This document shows, piece by piece, positions 9,496 to 21,544 of a stretch of 64,000 nt of DNA. The position numbers were made by a program, and so were the translations under genes. Source of the DNA: Candidatus Latescibacterota bacterium (GTDB lineage: Bacteria; Latescibacterota; UBA2968; UBA8231). The DNA lies in assembly GCA_965221775.1 (NCBI GenBank), contig CBDCSU010000006.1, positions 1,664,001-1,728,000 on the forward strand. The letters are read 5' to 3'. The notes under the pieces are model-generated. The model saw nothing but the letters and a program-made list of their open reading frames with translations, was not told where the DNA came from and made no database searches. The stretch's first letter is position 1; every line of letters starts with the position of its first letter.

Positions 9496-11667
9496 TCAGA
9501 AGCGGGAGGTGAGGGTGGTGCGGATGCTCCGCGAGGCGCCCGGGTTGCGCTCCTGCAGGTCCACGTACTCAGCCTGCAGGAGGTTGTCGACCCGGGTCTG
9601 CAGGTCCAGGCCCATGACCTCGAGATTCAGCCGCAGGTCGACCACGGTGAAGGCGCTGCGTTCGTCGAGGGGGTAGACGAGGACCGCCTCGGGCCGGGTG
9701 CGGTAGCGCACGTCGAGGGCGATCACCTCTTCCCAGCCGGAGAGGGTCGTGGTGACAACGTGGCGCGACCGGTAGGCGAGCTTGCGGCCCGTGCCCAGAT
9801 CCCTGGAGTCGAGGAAGAGGTAGTTCGTCTGGAGATTGAGCCTGTCGGGGACCAGTTCGGCGCGCAGCCCCGTGTCGATCCCCCGGATCCTGGCCTCGAC
9901 GAGGTTCCGAAACTGGAAGGTGAAGAGCTGGTTGGGCGCGCTGGTGACCTCGATCAGGCCGGAATACTCGCTCCAGAAGATCCCCGCGTCGAACCAGAGC
10001 CGGTCCCCCGGGGTCGCGGTGGCCCCGATCTCCCCGGCCCAGGCGGATTCGCCGCGCAGCTCCAGGTTCGGCACGACCCGAAAGCCGAAGACGACCGTCG
10101 AGGTGTACTGCTCCGAGACGCTCGGGGCCCGGTAGCCGCGGCTCAGCGAGCTCCGCAGACTCAGCAGCCCGGAGGGGCGGTAGACGATTCCGACCTTGGG
10201 ATTGAGGGTCAAGTCGCCCTCGGCGGAAGAGGCCTTGTGTCTGTCGAGGCGGATCCCCACCGAGCCGCGCAACCCCTCGGCGAGCTCGATCTCGTCCTGG
10301 CCGAAGAGGGCCAGGTCCGTCACCTCCGGGGCCGGCTCCAGGAAGTTCGAGGCCACGCCGGTGTAAGCGGCCTCGCCGCCGAGCGTCACCGTGTGCCGGC
10401 CCACCGTGAACACCGAGAGCTGAAGGTCGGTGCCGTAGCGCGTGGAGCGGTGGAAGTCGTCGTTGTGGTCCGGGTCCTCCGGGTCGCCGAAGTAGTTGCG
10501 CGAGCGGAAGTGCTGGATCTGGGGCCGCAGCTCCACCTTGAGCCCGGGCGTCACCAGCGGCGTGGCCGTAAGGCCGAGGATCAGGTCGGATTCGCGCCTC
10601 CAGTCGCCCAGGTTGGCGGGATCGATCTCCAGCCGGCGGTCCTCGGAGAGCCAGGTGAAGAACTCCTCGATGTCGTCGCGCTTCCAGGTGGCGAACAGCT
10701 TCAGGGGGGTCGCCGAATCCCCGAGAATCGCCTTCCCCCGCAGCCGCCAGCCGTCCATGCCGCCGTTCTGGCGAAAGCCGTCGGAGGTCTCGCGCGCCGC
10801 GAAGAGCCCCGTGTGGACGTTGCCGATCCTCCGGGAATGCTGGACCTGAAGCCCCTGCATGCTGAGACGGCCGTCGGAGAAGCCCTGGCCCGTGGGGGTG
10901 TCGAAGAGGCCGTAGTAGCCGCGCAGCACGGTCCGAGCTTCGCGCCTCGGGGGCCGCGTGATCACGTTGACCACGCCCCCCATGGCGTTGGTGCCCCAGA
11001 GGGTCGAATGCGGCCCCTTGACGATCTCGATCCGTTCCACATCGAGGACCGGGAGGACCGAGAAATCGACGGAGGAGCCCACGCCGGAGAGGGTCCGGTG
11101 GCCGTCGAGCAGCATGAGCACCCGGCTGCCCACGCCCCGGGAGAGGCCGCTGGAGCCGCGGATGTCCATCTGCCCGGCGTTGAAGGTCACGCCCTGGGCG
11201 AAGGGCAGGGCCTCGTTGAGGTTGGTGGCCTCCCGCCGCTGCAGCTCGTCGCCGCTGATCACGGCGACGGAGGTGGGAGCGTCGCCGGGATGGGTGCCGC
11301 GGTTGGCGGTGACGGTCAGCCCCGGCACCTCGAAGAACAGCCGCTCCAGCCAGATCCGCACGGGGCCGTCGTCCTCCGGGTCCGGCTCGATCACGGCCTC
11401 GACGGTGCGGAACCCTTCGGCCACCACGACGAGGGTGTACACGCCGCCGTCCGGACGGGCGACCTCGAAGCGTCCCTCCTCGTCCGTGAGCGCCCCCAGC
11501 GGCGTCGAGCGCACCAGCACTTCGGCGCCGGCGACCGGCGCCCCCGTCTCCCCGTCGACGAGGAGGCCCCGGATCGTCGTCGACTCCCCGGCCCCCAGCC
11601 AGACCGGGGCCAGGAGCGCCGCCAGCAATACCCGGCACGAGGGTTGGAAAGCGCCGGACCGGGCCAC
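9496..11667 (-). CDS. TonB-dependent receptor with N-terminal carboxypeptidase-regulatory-like domain
   Basis: Plug motifs IRG...VLMLLDG and VERIEIVKGPHSTLWGTNAMGGVVNVIT; C-terminal Phe. Confidence 0.93.
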   Translation of the reverse strand: MARSGAFQPSCRVLLAALLAPVWLGAGESTTIRGLLVDGETGAPVAGAEVLVRSTPLGALTDEEGRFEVARPDGGVYTLVVVAEGFRTVEAVIEPDPEDDGPVRIWLERLFFEVPGLTVTANRGTHPGDAPTSVAVISGDELQRREATNLNEALPFAQGVTFNAGQMDIRGSSGLSRGVGSRVLMLLDGHRTLSGVGSSVDFSVLPVLDVERIEIVKGPHSTLWGTNAMGGVVNVITRPPRREARTVLRGYYGLFDTPTGQGFSDGRLSMQGLQVQHSRRIGNVHTGLFAARETSDGFRQNGGMDGWRLRGKAILGDSATPLKLFATWKRDDIEEFFTWLSEDRRLEIDPANLGDWRRESDLILGLTATPLVTPGLKVELRPQIQHFRSRNYFGDPEDPDHNDDFHRSTRYGTDLQLSVFTVGRHTVTLGGEAAYTGVASNFLEPAPEVTDLALFGQDEIELAEGLRGSVGIRLDRHKASSAEGDLTLNPKVGIVYRPSGLLSLRSSLSRGYRAPSVSEQYTSTVVFGFRVVPNLELRGESAWAGEIGATATPGDRLWFDAGIFWSEYSGLIEVTSAPNQLFTFQFRNLVEARIRGIDTGLRAELVPDRLNLQTNYLFLDSRDLGTGRKLAYRSRHVVTTTLSGWEEVIALDVRYRTRPEAVLVYPLDERSAFTVVDLRLNLEVMGLDLQTRVDNLLQAEYVDLQERNPGASRSIRTTLTSRF

Positions 11668-11668
11668 T

Positions 11669-12130
11669 CTACTCTCGCTGCCAGACCGTCTTGGAGATGG
11701 CCAGCGCGGGCTCGCTGACCTCGATCGTCAGGGTGTTGCCTTCGAGCTCGTAGGTTCCCCGGCTCTGCCACGCCTCGCCCTCCTGCTCCAACCGACCCTC
11801 CAGGTAATTCCTGTAGGTCCCCTGGTCCACGATCGTGGTGGTTCCACCGGCATTGTCAGGAACGGAGACCGTCATCTCGAAGGTCCCGCTGGCTTCGCCC
11901 CCCGTCACGGATGTCCGCTCCACGGTGAACATGCCGCTCACGTCAGGCGGCGTCAGCGCATTCCCGGCGGTGAGAACGCCGGATGCGAAGGACAGGAGGG
12001 TGTAGGTCCCCGTCAGATCGGGCGGGGCGGGCTCCGGTTCCGGCTCCACGGGATCTTCCCCGCCGCAGCCGGCGGCCAGGAGAACCCCTGCCAGCAGGGA
12101 CGCGATGAGCCCTTTCTCAAGACGCTGCAA
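11669..12130 (-). CDS. Lipoprotein (lipocalin-like beta-barrel), upstream of the TonB receptor
   Basis: Lipobox LAAGC, PEPEP linker, LTGTYTL and GTYELEGNTLTI; GAGGAGG RBS. Confidence 0.7.
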   Translation of the reverse strand: MQRLEKGLIASLLAGVLLAAGCGGEDPVEPEPEPAPPDLTGTYTLLSFASGVLTAGNALTPPDVSGMFTVERTSVTGGEASGTFEMTVSVPDNAGGTTTIVDQGTYRNYLEGRLEQEGEAWQSRGTYELEGNTLTIEVSEPALAISKTVWQRE

Positions 12131-12240
12131 GGTATCCTCCTCGATGTAGGGATCGGGTCAAGCCGGGCGCTGCCTGCTGCGGGAAATTACGCACCCGCTC
12201 CCCCTGCCACCAGAAAAACCCGTCTCTCCGAATGGCCGCT

Positions 12241-13320
12241 TCAGGCCGGGTCCAGGGCCTCGTCGAAGCCGAGGGAATCGGCGTAAGCGAAGAGGGCGGG
12301 GAGGCCCCCCGTGTGCAGGAAAACGACGTTGCCTTCGGCGGGGATGAGCCCCCGCCGGACATGGTCGATCAGGCCCGCCATGGCCTTGGAGGTGTACACC
12401 GGATCGAGGAGCACGCCCTCGTGCCGGCCGGCCAGCAGCATCGCCTCCCGCGCCGCCTCGGTGAGGACGGCGTACCCGGGGCCGACGTAGTCCACCTTGC
12501 TGGTGATCTGCGGCGGCTCGACCGTGGTCTCCAGGCCGAGGATGGACCCGCACTCGTTCGCCACCGAGGAGAGGCACTCCTCGAAGGTCCAGCCCGAGGT
12601 CACCGGCTCCGGCAGCGCCGGCAGGCCCACCAGGCGGATCGGCGACCGCAGGTGCTTCAGGGCCAGGGCGATGCCGGCCTGGGTCGAGTCGGTGGAGCAG
12701 AGCCAGATCTCGTCGATGCGGACCTGCGCGGCCTCGGCCTGGTCGAGCAGCTCGAGGGTGGCCGCCGCGTAGCCCACGGCCGACAGTCCGATCCCGGACT
12801 CGTCACCGACGCGGGCGACGTGGACCTTGCGGCCGGCCGCGGTCAGCTGCCGCCCCTTCTCGCGGATCCGGGCCCCGAGGCTCTCCCAGCTGCCCTCGTC
12901 CTCGACCAGCTCGACCCGGGCGCCGACGAGCAGGTCCAGGAGCAGGCCGCCCTGCACCTCGCGGTCGCGCTCGCCGCGCACCTTGCGCAGCACCAGGTGG
13001 CACTCCAGTCCCAGGCGGGAGCAGGCGGCGGCCAGCTGGCGGCAGTAGTTCGACTGCACCGCGGCGCCGCCGACGACGGTGTCGGCCCCCTCCTCCAGGG
13101 CCTTCCCGAGGACGAACTCGAACATGCGGGTCTTGTTGCCGCCGGCGGCCAGGCCCGTGAGGTCGTCGCGCTTGATCCAGATCCGCGGCCCCCCCAGCGC
13201 CTTCGACAGGTGCGGGCAGGGCTCGAAGGGGGTCGGCAGAGCCGCCAGGCCGACCCGCGGCATCGCTTCCACCGCCGCCTGCAGTTCCGCCCGTCGACCG
13301 GGGTCGTGCTCGTTGATCAC
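12241..13320 (-). CDS. D-cysteine desulfhydrase / ACC deaminase family PLP enzyme
   Basis: IKRDDLTG, GGNKTR, QSNYCR, LLDPVYTSK, FLHTGG; GTGA overlap with the upstream gene. Confidence 0.92.
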   Translation of the reverse strand: MINEHDPGRRAELQAAVEAMPRVGLAALPTPFEPCPHLSKALGGPRIWIKRDDLTGLAAGGNKTRMFEFVLGKALEEGADTVVGGAAVQSNYCRQLAAACSRLGLECHLVLRKVRGERDREVQGGLLLDLLVGARVELVEDEGSWESLGARIREKGRQLTAAGRKVHVARVGDESGIGLSAVGYAAATLELLDQAEAAQVRIDEIWLCSTDSTQAGIALALKHLRSPIRLVGLPALPEPVTSGWTFEECLSSVANECGSILGLETTVEPPQITSKVDYVGPGYAVLTEAAREAMLLAGRHEGVLLDPVYTSKAMAGLIDHVRRGLIPAEGNVVFLHTGGLPALFAYADSLGFDEALDPA

Positions 13321-14213
13321 GAGCCGCTCTCGGCGGGGACCTCGCCGATGCCCGCCAGCCGGGTCCTGGCCTCGGCGTAGAGATCGGCGGGCAGGGGGCC
13401 GGCCCGGGCGGCGTCGAGGTTGGACCGCATGTGGTCGAGGCTGGTGGTGCCCACGATCGTGGTGTGGCAGGCGGGGTGGGCGAGGGTGAAGCGCAGGATG
13501 AACTCGTGGCGGCTCATGCCGCCGGCGACCTCCTCCAGGCCCGCCCTCTCCCAGGTGGCCTGGCGGCCCTCGTTGGCCCGGTGCCCGAGGCTGATGCCGC
13601 CCCTCACGAGAATCCCGGCACCGGCGTCGGCCGCCTCCTGCATCATCGTCTCGTGCTCGCGCTCGAGGGCGGAATAGGGGATCTGGAAGACGTCGAAGGC
13701 GCCGGAGGCGACGAAGGCGGCCAAGTGCGGGTTGGTGGAGGAGACGCCGATGAAGCGGGCCTTGCCAGCCCCGCGGATTTCCTCCAGGGCCTCGATCAGG
13801 CCTCCCCGCTCGACATCCTCCACGGAGGGGTTGTGCATCTGCAGCAGGTCGACGCAGTCGGTGCGCAGGCGGCGGAGGCTCTGGTCGATGTTGGAGCGCA
13901 GGCGTTCGGCGGTCCACAGGTGGCCCGGCTCCAGGCGGTTGCCGTCGGCGTCGATGTTGCAGCCGCACTTGGTGGCCAGGTGGAACTCACGCCGGCGGTG
14001 GCCGACGTAGCGGCCGATGCGCTCCTCGCTGGCGCCGTAGTCGGGGGCCGTGTCGATGAGGTTGACGCCCGCGTCGAGGGCGGCGTTGAGCACCCCGGCG
14101 GCCTGGGCGTCGAAGTCGGCCGAATCGGGCAGGCCGCGCTCGGCGGCCCCGAAGCCGAGCTGCGTGACCTCCAGGCCCGTGCGGCCCAGGGTGCGGCGGG
14201 CGAGATCGCTCAT
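13317..14213 (-). CDS. Aldo/keto reductase
   Basis: RTLGRTGLEVTQLGFG, IDTAPDYG, LATKCG, DLLQMH. Confidence 0.93.
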   Translation of the reverse strand: MSDLARRTLGRTGLEVTQLGFGAAERGLPDSADFDAQAAGVLNAALDAGVNLIDTAPDYGASEERIGRYVGHRRREFHLATKCGCNIDADGNRLEPGHLWTAERLRSNIDQSLRRLRTDCVDLLQMHNPSVEDVERGGLIEALEEIRGAGKARFIGVSSTNPHLAAFVASGAFDVFQIPYSALEREHETMMQEAADAGAGILVRGGISLGHRANEGRQATWERAGLEEVAGGMSRHEFILRFTLAHPACHTTIVGTTSLDHMRSNLDAARAGPLPADLYAEARTRLAGIGEVPAESGS

Positions 14214-14273
14214 GCGGGAAAGATCATCCGCGCCGCCGGGCAGCGGCAAGGCGCGCCGGGAAGAGCCCCTTCT

Positions 14274-14603
14274 CTAGTGATGGTTGATCCGGCCGGAGCG
14301 GCGGTACCGGGCCAGGCGCTGGCGGACGCTGCGCCGCAACCGGAGATCGGGATCGTCGTACATGCCCTTGAGAGCGGCCAGCACATCCGCCTCGCGCTGC
14401 CTCGGCGATCCGTCGGTCAGGGTGTGGAAGGCGATGCGCCGCACGCCCGCGTCGTCGTCGCGGGTGAGCTCGAAGACACGGGACCAGGCCTCGGGGTGGT
14501 CGGCCTTCAGCTCGCAGGGGCACAACTCGCGGGCGGCGCTCCGGCGCAGGCGGGCGTCCTTCGAGCGCGAGTCCTCCAGGATCTGCTCCAGGCTCTGTCT
14601 CAT
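14274..14603 (-). CDS. Small HEAT-repeat protein
   Basis: Repeated DDDAGVRRIA / DPDLRLRR helical-repeat motifs. Confidence 0.7.
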   Translation of the reverse strand: MRQSLEQILEDSRSKDARLRRSAARELCPCELKADHPEAWSRVFELTRDDDAGVRRIAFHTLTDGSPRQREADVLAALKGMYDDPDLRLRRSVRQRLARYRRSGRINHH

Positions 14604-14618
14604 CTCTCCCGCCTTTCG

Positions 14619-14646
14619 TTGACGAACCTCACCTCGAAGGTAAATT
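14619..14646 (+). promoter_or_regulatory. Putative sigma70 promoter of nfuA
   Basis: TTGACG-N16-TAAATT, with an overlapping GAACCT...AGGTTC inverted repeat. Confidence 0.45.
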
Positions 14647-14700
14647 CAGGTTCACTCATCCACAGTAGCAACCCCCGACACGGATGGTGAATCCCCGGCC

Positions 14701-15282
14701 ATGTTGACGATTACCGACCTCGCGCAGAGCAAGATCCTCGAGCTCATCGGCAAGAGCCCCAACCCGGTCAGAGGCCTGCGCATCGGCGCGACCTCCGTCT
14801 CTCCCCTCAAGGTCGACTACCGGATGGCCTTCATCGGCGAGGGGCAGGAGAACGACGGGGATGCCGTCATCCCCTTCGATGGCTTCGACGTCTACGTCGA
14901 CCCCGACAGCGGCGACAACGTGCAGGAGGCCACCGTCGACTACGTCGAGGGCCTGATGGGCTCCGGATTCAAGATCGAGCGCCCCCGCACCCTGCCCGAG
15001 GGCGTCGACGGCACCCTCCTCGACCGGGTGCAGCACGTCCTCGAAGAGAAGATCAACCCCGCCGTCTCCGGCCACGGCGGCCGGGTCTCCCTGATCGACC
15101 TGAAGGAGAAGACCGTCTACCTCCAGCTCGAAGGCGGCTGCCAGGGCTGCGGCATGGCCGACGTCACCCTCAAGCAGGGCATCGAGGTGATGATCAAGGA
15201 GTCGGTGCCCGAGATCGAGGAGATCTACGACGTCACCGACCACGCCAACGGCAAGAACCCCTACTACCGGGCACCCGCCTAG
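14701..15282 (+). CDS. nfuA: Fe/S biogenesis protein NfuA
   Basis: Degenerate A-type carrier N-domain plus NifU-C domain INPAVSGHGG...GGCQGCG; DVTDH..GKNPYY. Confidence 0.9.
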   Translation: MLTITDLAQSKILELIGKSPNPVRGLRIGATSVSPLKVDYRMAFIGEGQENDGDAVIPFDGFDVYVDPDSGDNVQEATVDYVEGLMGSGFKIERPRTLPEGVDGTLLDRVQHVLEEKINPAVSGHGGRVSLIDLKEKTVYLQLEGGCQGCGMADVTLKQGIEVMIKESVPEIEEIYDVTDHANGKNPYYRAPA

Positions 15283-15320
15283 GGTCAGCCGCCCGGCCGG
15301 CACCCTTCACCCGCTACCAC

Positions 15321-16544
15321 ATGCTCACCGTCGAGGAGGCGCGCGGCGCCGTCCTGGAGCGCATCCGCCCCCTGGGGGCCGAGCGCGTCGCCCTCACCGG
15401 GGCTCTCGGCCGCGTGCTGGCCGCCGACGTGGCGGCCCCGTACGACAACCCGCCCCACGACAACTCGGCCATGGACGGCTTCGCCGTGCGCTTCGCCGAC
15501 GTGGCCGCCGCCACCGAGGAGAGTCCCGCGGCGCTGCCGGTGATCGAGGACATCCCCGCCGGCCGCGTCCCGGAGCACCGGCTGGAGGCCGGCCAGGCGA
15601 GCCGCATCATGACCGGCGCGCCGGTCCCGCCCGGCTGCGACACGGTGATCCGCGTGGAGGACACCCGCGACCACGGCGACCGCGTCGACATCCTGGTGCC
15701 GCAGGAGGAGGGCGCCAACATCCGCCGCCGCGGCGAGGACATGCGCGAGGGCGAGCCCCTGATCCGCGCCGGCGCCGAGCTCGGCTCCGGAGAGGTGGGC
15801 GTCCTCGCAGCGGTGCAGCAGAGCTTCGTCGCCGTCGGCCGGCGGCCCACGGTGGCGGTGCTGTCCTCGGGCGACGAGCTGGTCGAGATCGACCAGGTCC
15901 GCGGTCCGGGGCAGATCGTCAACAGCAACACCCCCGCCCTCGGCGCCGTGGCCCGCGCCTGCGGCGCCGAGCCGGTGCTGCTGCCCACGGTGGCCGACGA
16001 CGAGGCCGCCATCCGCGCCTCGGTGGAGACCGCCCTCACCTGCGACTTCGTGGTCTCCTCCGGCGGCGTCTCCGTGGGCGAGCACGACTACGTGAAGAAG
16101 GTCCTCGACGACCTCGGCGCCGAGGAGGTGCTCTGGCGGGTGGCGATGAAGCCGGGCAAGCCCCTGTTCTTCTGCATGCTCCGGGGCAAGCCCTACTTCG
16201 GGCTGCCCGGCAACCCCGTGTCGAGCCTGATGTCGTTCCTGCAGTTCGTCGGCCCCGCCGTGCGCAAGGCCGCCGGCCACCCGCCGGAGCGCTGGCCCCT
16301 GCCCGAGAGCACCGCCCTCATGGAGCACGACGTGGCCAACGACGGCGACCGCCGCAACTTCCTGCGGGCGCGGCTGCGCCTCGACGGCGGCGGCCGCCTG
16401 ACGGCCAGCACCTCGCACCGGGCCCAGGGCTCCCACATCCTCACCTCCATGCTCGGGGCCAACGGCATCGTCGTCCTCGACCCGGACCAGGCCGCCGCCG
16501 CGGGCGACCCCGTGACGGTGCAGATCATCGGCGCCGTCGCCTGA
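15321..16544 (+). CDS. moeA: Molybdopterin molybdotransferase MoeA
   Basis: SAMDGFAV, IMTGAPVP, SSGDEL, SGGVSVG, MKPGKP, GLPGNPVS. Confidence 0.96.
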   Translation: MLTVEEARGAVLERIRPLGAERVALTGALGRVLAADVAAPYDNPPHDNSAMDGFAVRFADVAAATEESPAALPVIEDIPAGRVPEHRLEAGQASRIMTGAPVPPGCDTVIRVEDTRDHGDRVDILVPQEEGANIRRRGEDMREGEPLIRAGAELGSGEVGVLAAVQQSFVAVGRRPTVAVLSSGDELVEIDQVRGPGQIVNSNTPALGAVARACGAEPVLLPTVADDEAAIRASVETALTCDFVVSSGGVSVGEHDYVKKVLDDLGAEEVLWRVAMKPGKPLFFCMLRGKPYFGLPGNPVSSLMSFLQFVGPAVRKAAGHPPERWPLPESTALMEHDVANDGDRRNFLRARLRLDGGGRLTASTSHRAQGSHILTSMLGANGIVVLDPDQAAAAGDPVTVQIIGAVA

Positions 16545-16546
16545 GG

Positions 16547-17122
16547 ATGGGGCGGGTCGAGGTCCACGGCCGCCGGACCCTGCTCGACCGCTTCTTCCGG
16601 GTGGAGGAGGTCGACCTCAGCCACGAGCGTCCCGACGGCTCCATGAGCCGCCCCCTGACGCGGCTCAACGTCGACCGCGGCGACGGGGCGGCGGTGGTGC
16701 TCCACGACCCGGAGCGCGGCGTCGTCGTTCTGGTGCGCCAGTTCCGCTTCTCCGCCTGGGAGAAGGGCCCGGGCTGGCTGCACGAGCTGGTGGCGGGGAC
16801 GGTCCCCGAAGGGCAGCAGCCCGAGGATGTGGCCCGCGCCGAGTGCCTGGAGGAAGCCGGCTACGAGGTGGACCGCCTCGAGCCGGTCGGCAGCTTCTAC
16901 CTGACCCCGGGCGGCTCCTCGGAGCGGATCTTCCTCTACTACGCGGCGGTGGGCGCCGGACAGCGCCGCGGCCCCGGCGGCGGCCTCGAGGGGGAGGGCG
17001 AGAGCATCGAGGTCCTGGAGTGGCCCGAGGAGGAGGTCTGGGCCGCCCTGGACGCCGGAAGGATCGCCGACGCCAAGACCCTGGTGGGCCTCATGTGGCT
17101 GCGGCGGCGCCTCTTTTCCTGA
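16547..17122 (+). CDS. NUDIX hydrolase (ADP-ribose/GDP-mannose pyrophosphatase type)
   Basis: LVRQFR, Nudix box AG...[22 protein letters not shown]. Confidence 0.9.
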   Translation: MGRVEVHGRRTLLDRFFRVEEVDLSHERPDGSMSRPLTRLNVDRGDGAAVVLHDPERGVVVLVRQFRFSAWEKGPGWLHELVAGTVPEGQQPEDVARAECLEEAGYEVDRLEPVGSFYLTPGGSSERIFLYYAAVGAGQRRGPGGGLEGEGESIEVLEWPEEEVWAALDAGRIADAKTLVGLMWLRRRLFS

Positions 17123-17183
17123 GGTCGGGGTCTGCGGATATTACCCCGGCTTCACCGGGAATCCCATCAAGGAGCCACTCCCC

Positions 17184-19157
<1,974 letters not shown>

Positions 19158-19161
19158 TCCC

Positions 19162-20775
19162 GTGTACGACCTGCTCGTCACCGGAGGCCGTCTCCTCGAC
19201 GGGACCGGCGCCCCGTCACGCGCCGCCGACGTGGCCGTCCAGAACGGCCGCATCGCCGCCATCGGCGATCTCGCCGGGTCCCCGGCCGGGTCCACCGTCG
19301 ACGCCTCCGGGCGCTTCGTCGCCCCCGGCTTCATCGACATCCACACCCACTCCGACCTCACCCTCCTGGTGGAGGGCCGCGCCTCCTCCTCCGTGGCCCA
19401 GGGGATCACCACCCAGATCGTCGGCAACTGCGGCGTTTCGGCGGCGCCGACCCGGGACTACGAGCCCTACTACGGCCCCCTGGACCCGGCCATGACCCGC
19501 GGCCTCGAGTGCGACTGGACCGGCTTCGACGGCTACTTCGCGCGCCTGGAGGACCAGGGCGTCGGCACCAACGTGGCCGCCCTCGTGGGCCACGGGAACG
19601 TGCGGGTGGCAGCCATGGGCTGGGACGACCGCGAGGCGACGGCGGCGGAGATGGAGCGCATGAGGCAACTCACCGCCCGGGCCATGGAGGACGGCGCCGT
19701 CGGCCTCTCCAGCGGCCTGGCCTACGCCCCCGGGCCCTATGCCCCGCTGGACGAGCTCATCGCCCTCGGCGAGGTGATCGCCTCCTTCGGCGGCATCTAC
19801 ACCAGCCACATCCGCAACCAGACGAAGGGGATCGCCGAGGCCGTGGCCGAGGTCACCGCCGTCGCCGAGGGCGCCGGGGTGGCGGGCCACGTGTCGCACA
19901 TGCAGCCGGGGTCCCCCATGCTCGGCGCCACCGCCGGCCTGCTGGCCGACCTGGACGCCCTTCGGCAGCGCGGGGTCGACGTCAGCTGCGACGCCATCCC
20001 CTACACGATCGGCTCCACGACCCTGAAGTCGCTGCTACCGCCCTGGTCCCTCGACGGCGGCGACGAGGCGCTGCTGCGCCGGCTGCGCGACCCGGAGCAG
20101 CGCCGCGCCATCCAGGCCGACACCCTCGCCCACGGGGCCGAGAGCGGCGGCAGCCGCAAGCGCAACCTCGCCAAGGAGGGGGCCTGGGACCGCATCTGGC
20201 TCGGCAGCGCCGGCGACGCCAACGCCCACCTGACGGGCCGCTCCTTCGCCGAGATCGGCCGGCTCCGCGGCCAGGACCCGCACGACGCCGTCCTCGACAT
20301 CCTGATCGAGGAGGAGGCGCGGCCCTGGATGCTGGCCGAGGACGTGGGCGAGGAGGACTTCCTCAACATCGCCCGCCACGAGACCGGCGGGGTGATCTCC
20401 GACGGCTTCTCGCTGATCCCGGAGGGGGTCCTGGCCGAGGGCAAGCACCACCCGCGGTCGTACGGCGCCTTCCCCTACTTCCTGCGCCGCTTCATCCGCG
20501 ACCAGGGGGCCCTCACCTGGGAGCAGGCCGTGCACAAGCTCACCGGACACGCGGCGGCGCGCTTCCGCCTCGACGGGCGGGGCGTGCTGCGCGAGGGCGC
20601 CTGGGCGGACCTCGTCGTCTTCGACCCCGAAACCGTGGGCGAGACGGCCGACTTCGACGACCCCTATCGCTACCCGCGGGGGATCGACCACGTGTACGTC
20701 AACGGCGTCGCCGCCGTGAGCGGCGGCCGGCTCACCGACCGCTGCCCCGGGCGAGTGCTGCGCCGGGCGGCCTGA
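19162..20775 (+). CDS. N-acyl-D-amino-acid deacylase (D-aminoacylase)
   Basis: PGFIDIHTHSD, GITTQIVGNCG, HPRSYGAFP, ADLVVFDP. Confidence 0.92.
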   Translation: MYDLLVTGGRLLDGTGAPSRAADVAVQNGRIAAIGDLAGSPAGSTVDASGRFVAPGFIDIHTHSDLTLLVEGRASSSVAQGITTQIVGNCGVSAAPTRDYEPYYGPLDPAMTRGLECDWTGFDGYFARLEDQGVGTNVAALVGHGNVRVAAMGWDDREATAAEMERMRQLTARAMEDGAVGLSSGLAYAPGPYAPLDELIALGEVIASFGGIYTSHIRNQTKGIAEAVAEVTAVAEGAGVAGHVSHMQPGSPMLGATAGLLADLDALRQRGVDVSCDAIPYTIGSTTLKSLLPPWSLDGGDEALLRRLRDPEQRRAIQADTLAHGAESGGSRKRNLAKEGAWDRIWLGSAGDANAHLTGRSFAEIGRLRGQDPHDAVLDILIEEEARPWMLAEDVGEEDFLNIARHETGGVISDGFSLIPEGVLAEGKHHPRSYGAFPYFLRRFIRDQGALTWEQAVHKLTGHAAARFRLDGRGVLREGAWADLVVFDPETVGETADFDDPYRYPRGIDHVYVNGVAAVSGGRLTDRCPGRVLRRAA

Positions 20776-20784
20776 AGGGACATC

Positions 20785-21519
20785 GTGAGGGAGCCGTTAT
20801 ACGAGGACACCGACCTGATTCCGGGACAGCCCTGGCGCGTTCACGACAGCGGGCGTCCGCAGCCCCGCATCGTCACCCCCGCCGCCGAGCCGGGGGGACC
20901 GCCCTCCGACGCGGTGGTGCTCTTCGACGGCAGCGACCTGTCCGAGTGGGAGAGCGCCGGCAACCCGGGGCAGGAGGCGGGCTGGAAGGTCGCCGACGGC
21001 TGCGTGGAGGTCGTGCCCGGCACCGGGGACATGCAGACCGTCAGGCGCTTCGGGGACTGCCAGGTTCACCTGGAGTGGGCGACACCGACCGAGGTCACCG
21101 ACGACAGCCAGCTGCGCGGCAACAGCGGCGTCTACCTCATGGGACTCTACGAGATCGCGATCCTCGACGGCTACGACAACCCCACCTACGCCGACGGCGC
21201 CGCCGGCTCGATCTACGGCCAGTTCCCGCCCTTCATCAACGCCTGCCGCGCGCCTGGAGACTGGCAGTCCTTCGACATCTTCTTCGAGACCCCCCGCTGG
21301 GACGAGGGCTGGCTGGTGGAACCGGCGCGCTTCACCGTGCTCCACAACGGCCTGCTGCTGCACCACCGCCAGGAGGCGATGGGTCCCACGGTCCACCTCG
21401 ACACCAGCAGCTACGCCTCCCCTCACGACGAGGAAGGCCCGCTGCTGCTGCAGGACCACGGCCCCATGCGTTTCCGCAATATCTGGCTACGGCCGCTAAC
21501 CGACTACGACGCCGAATGA
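20785..21519 (+). CDS. DUF1080 / 3-keto-disaccharide hydrolase family, copy 1
   Basis: PPSDAVVLFDG, GNSGVY, LQDHG, FRNIW. Confidence 0.9.
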   Translation: MREPLYEDTDLIPGQPWRVHDSGRPQPRIVTPAAEPGGPPSDAVVLFDGSDLSEWESAGNPGQEAGWKVADGCVEVVPGTGDMQTVRRFGDCQVHLEWATPTEVTDDSQLRGNSGVYLMGLYEIAILDGYDNPTYADGAAGSIYGQFPPFINACRAPGDWQSFDIFFETPRWDEGWLVEPARFTVLHNGLLLHHRQEAMGPTVHLDTSSYASPHDEEGPLLLQDHGPMRFRNIWLRPLTDYDAE

Positions 21520-21544
21520 GGCCGGGAGGCCTGAAGGAGGATCG

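Noticed and set aside
8125-11718. Very long alternative-frame ORFs (e.g. 8125..11718, 58200..62702, 17091..19427, 34662..37736)
   Set aside because: Shadow ORFs expected at high GC; they overlap well-supported genes and lack family motifs
12131-12240. Possible riboswitch upstream of the lipoprotein/TonB receptor pair
   Set aside because: No recognisable cobalamin or TPP consensus elements by eye; an Rfam scan would be needed
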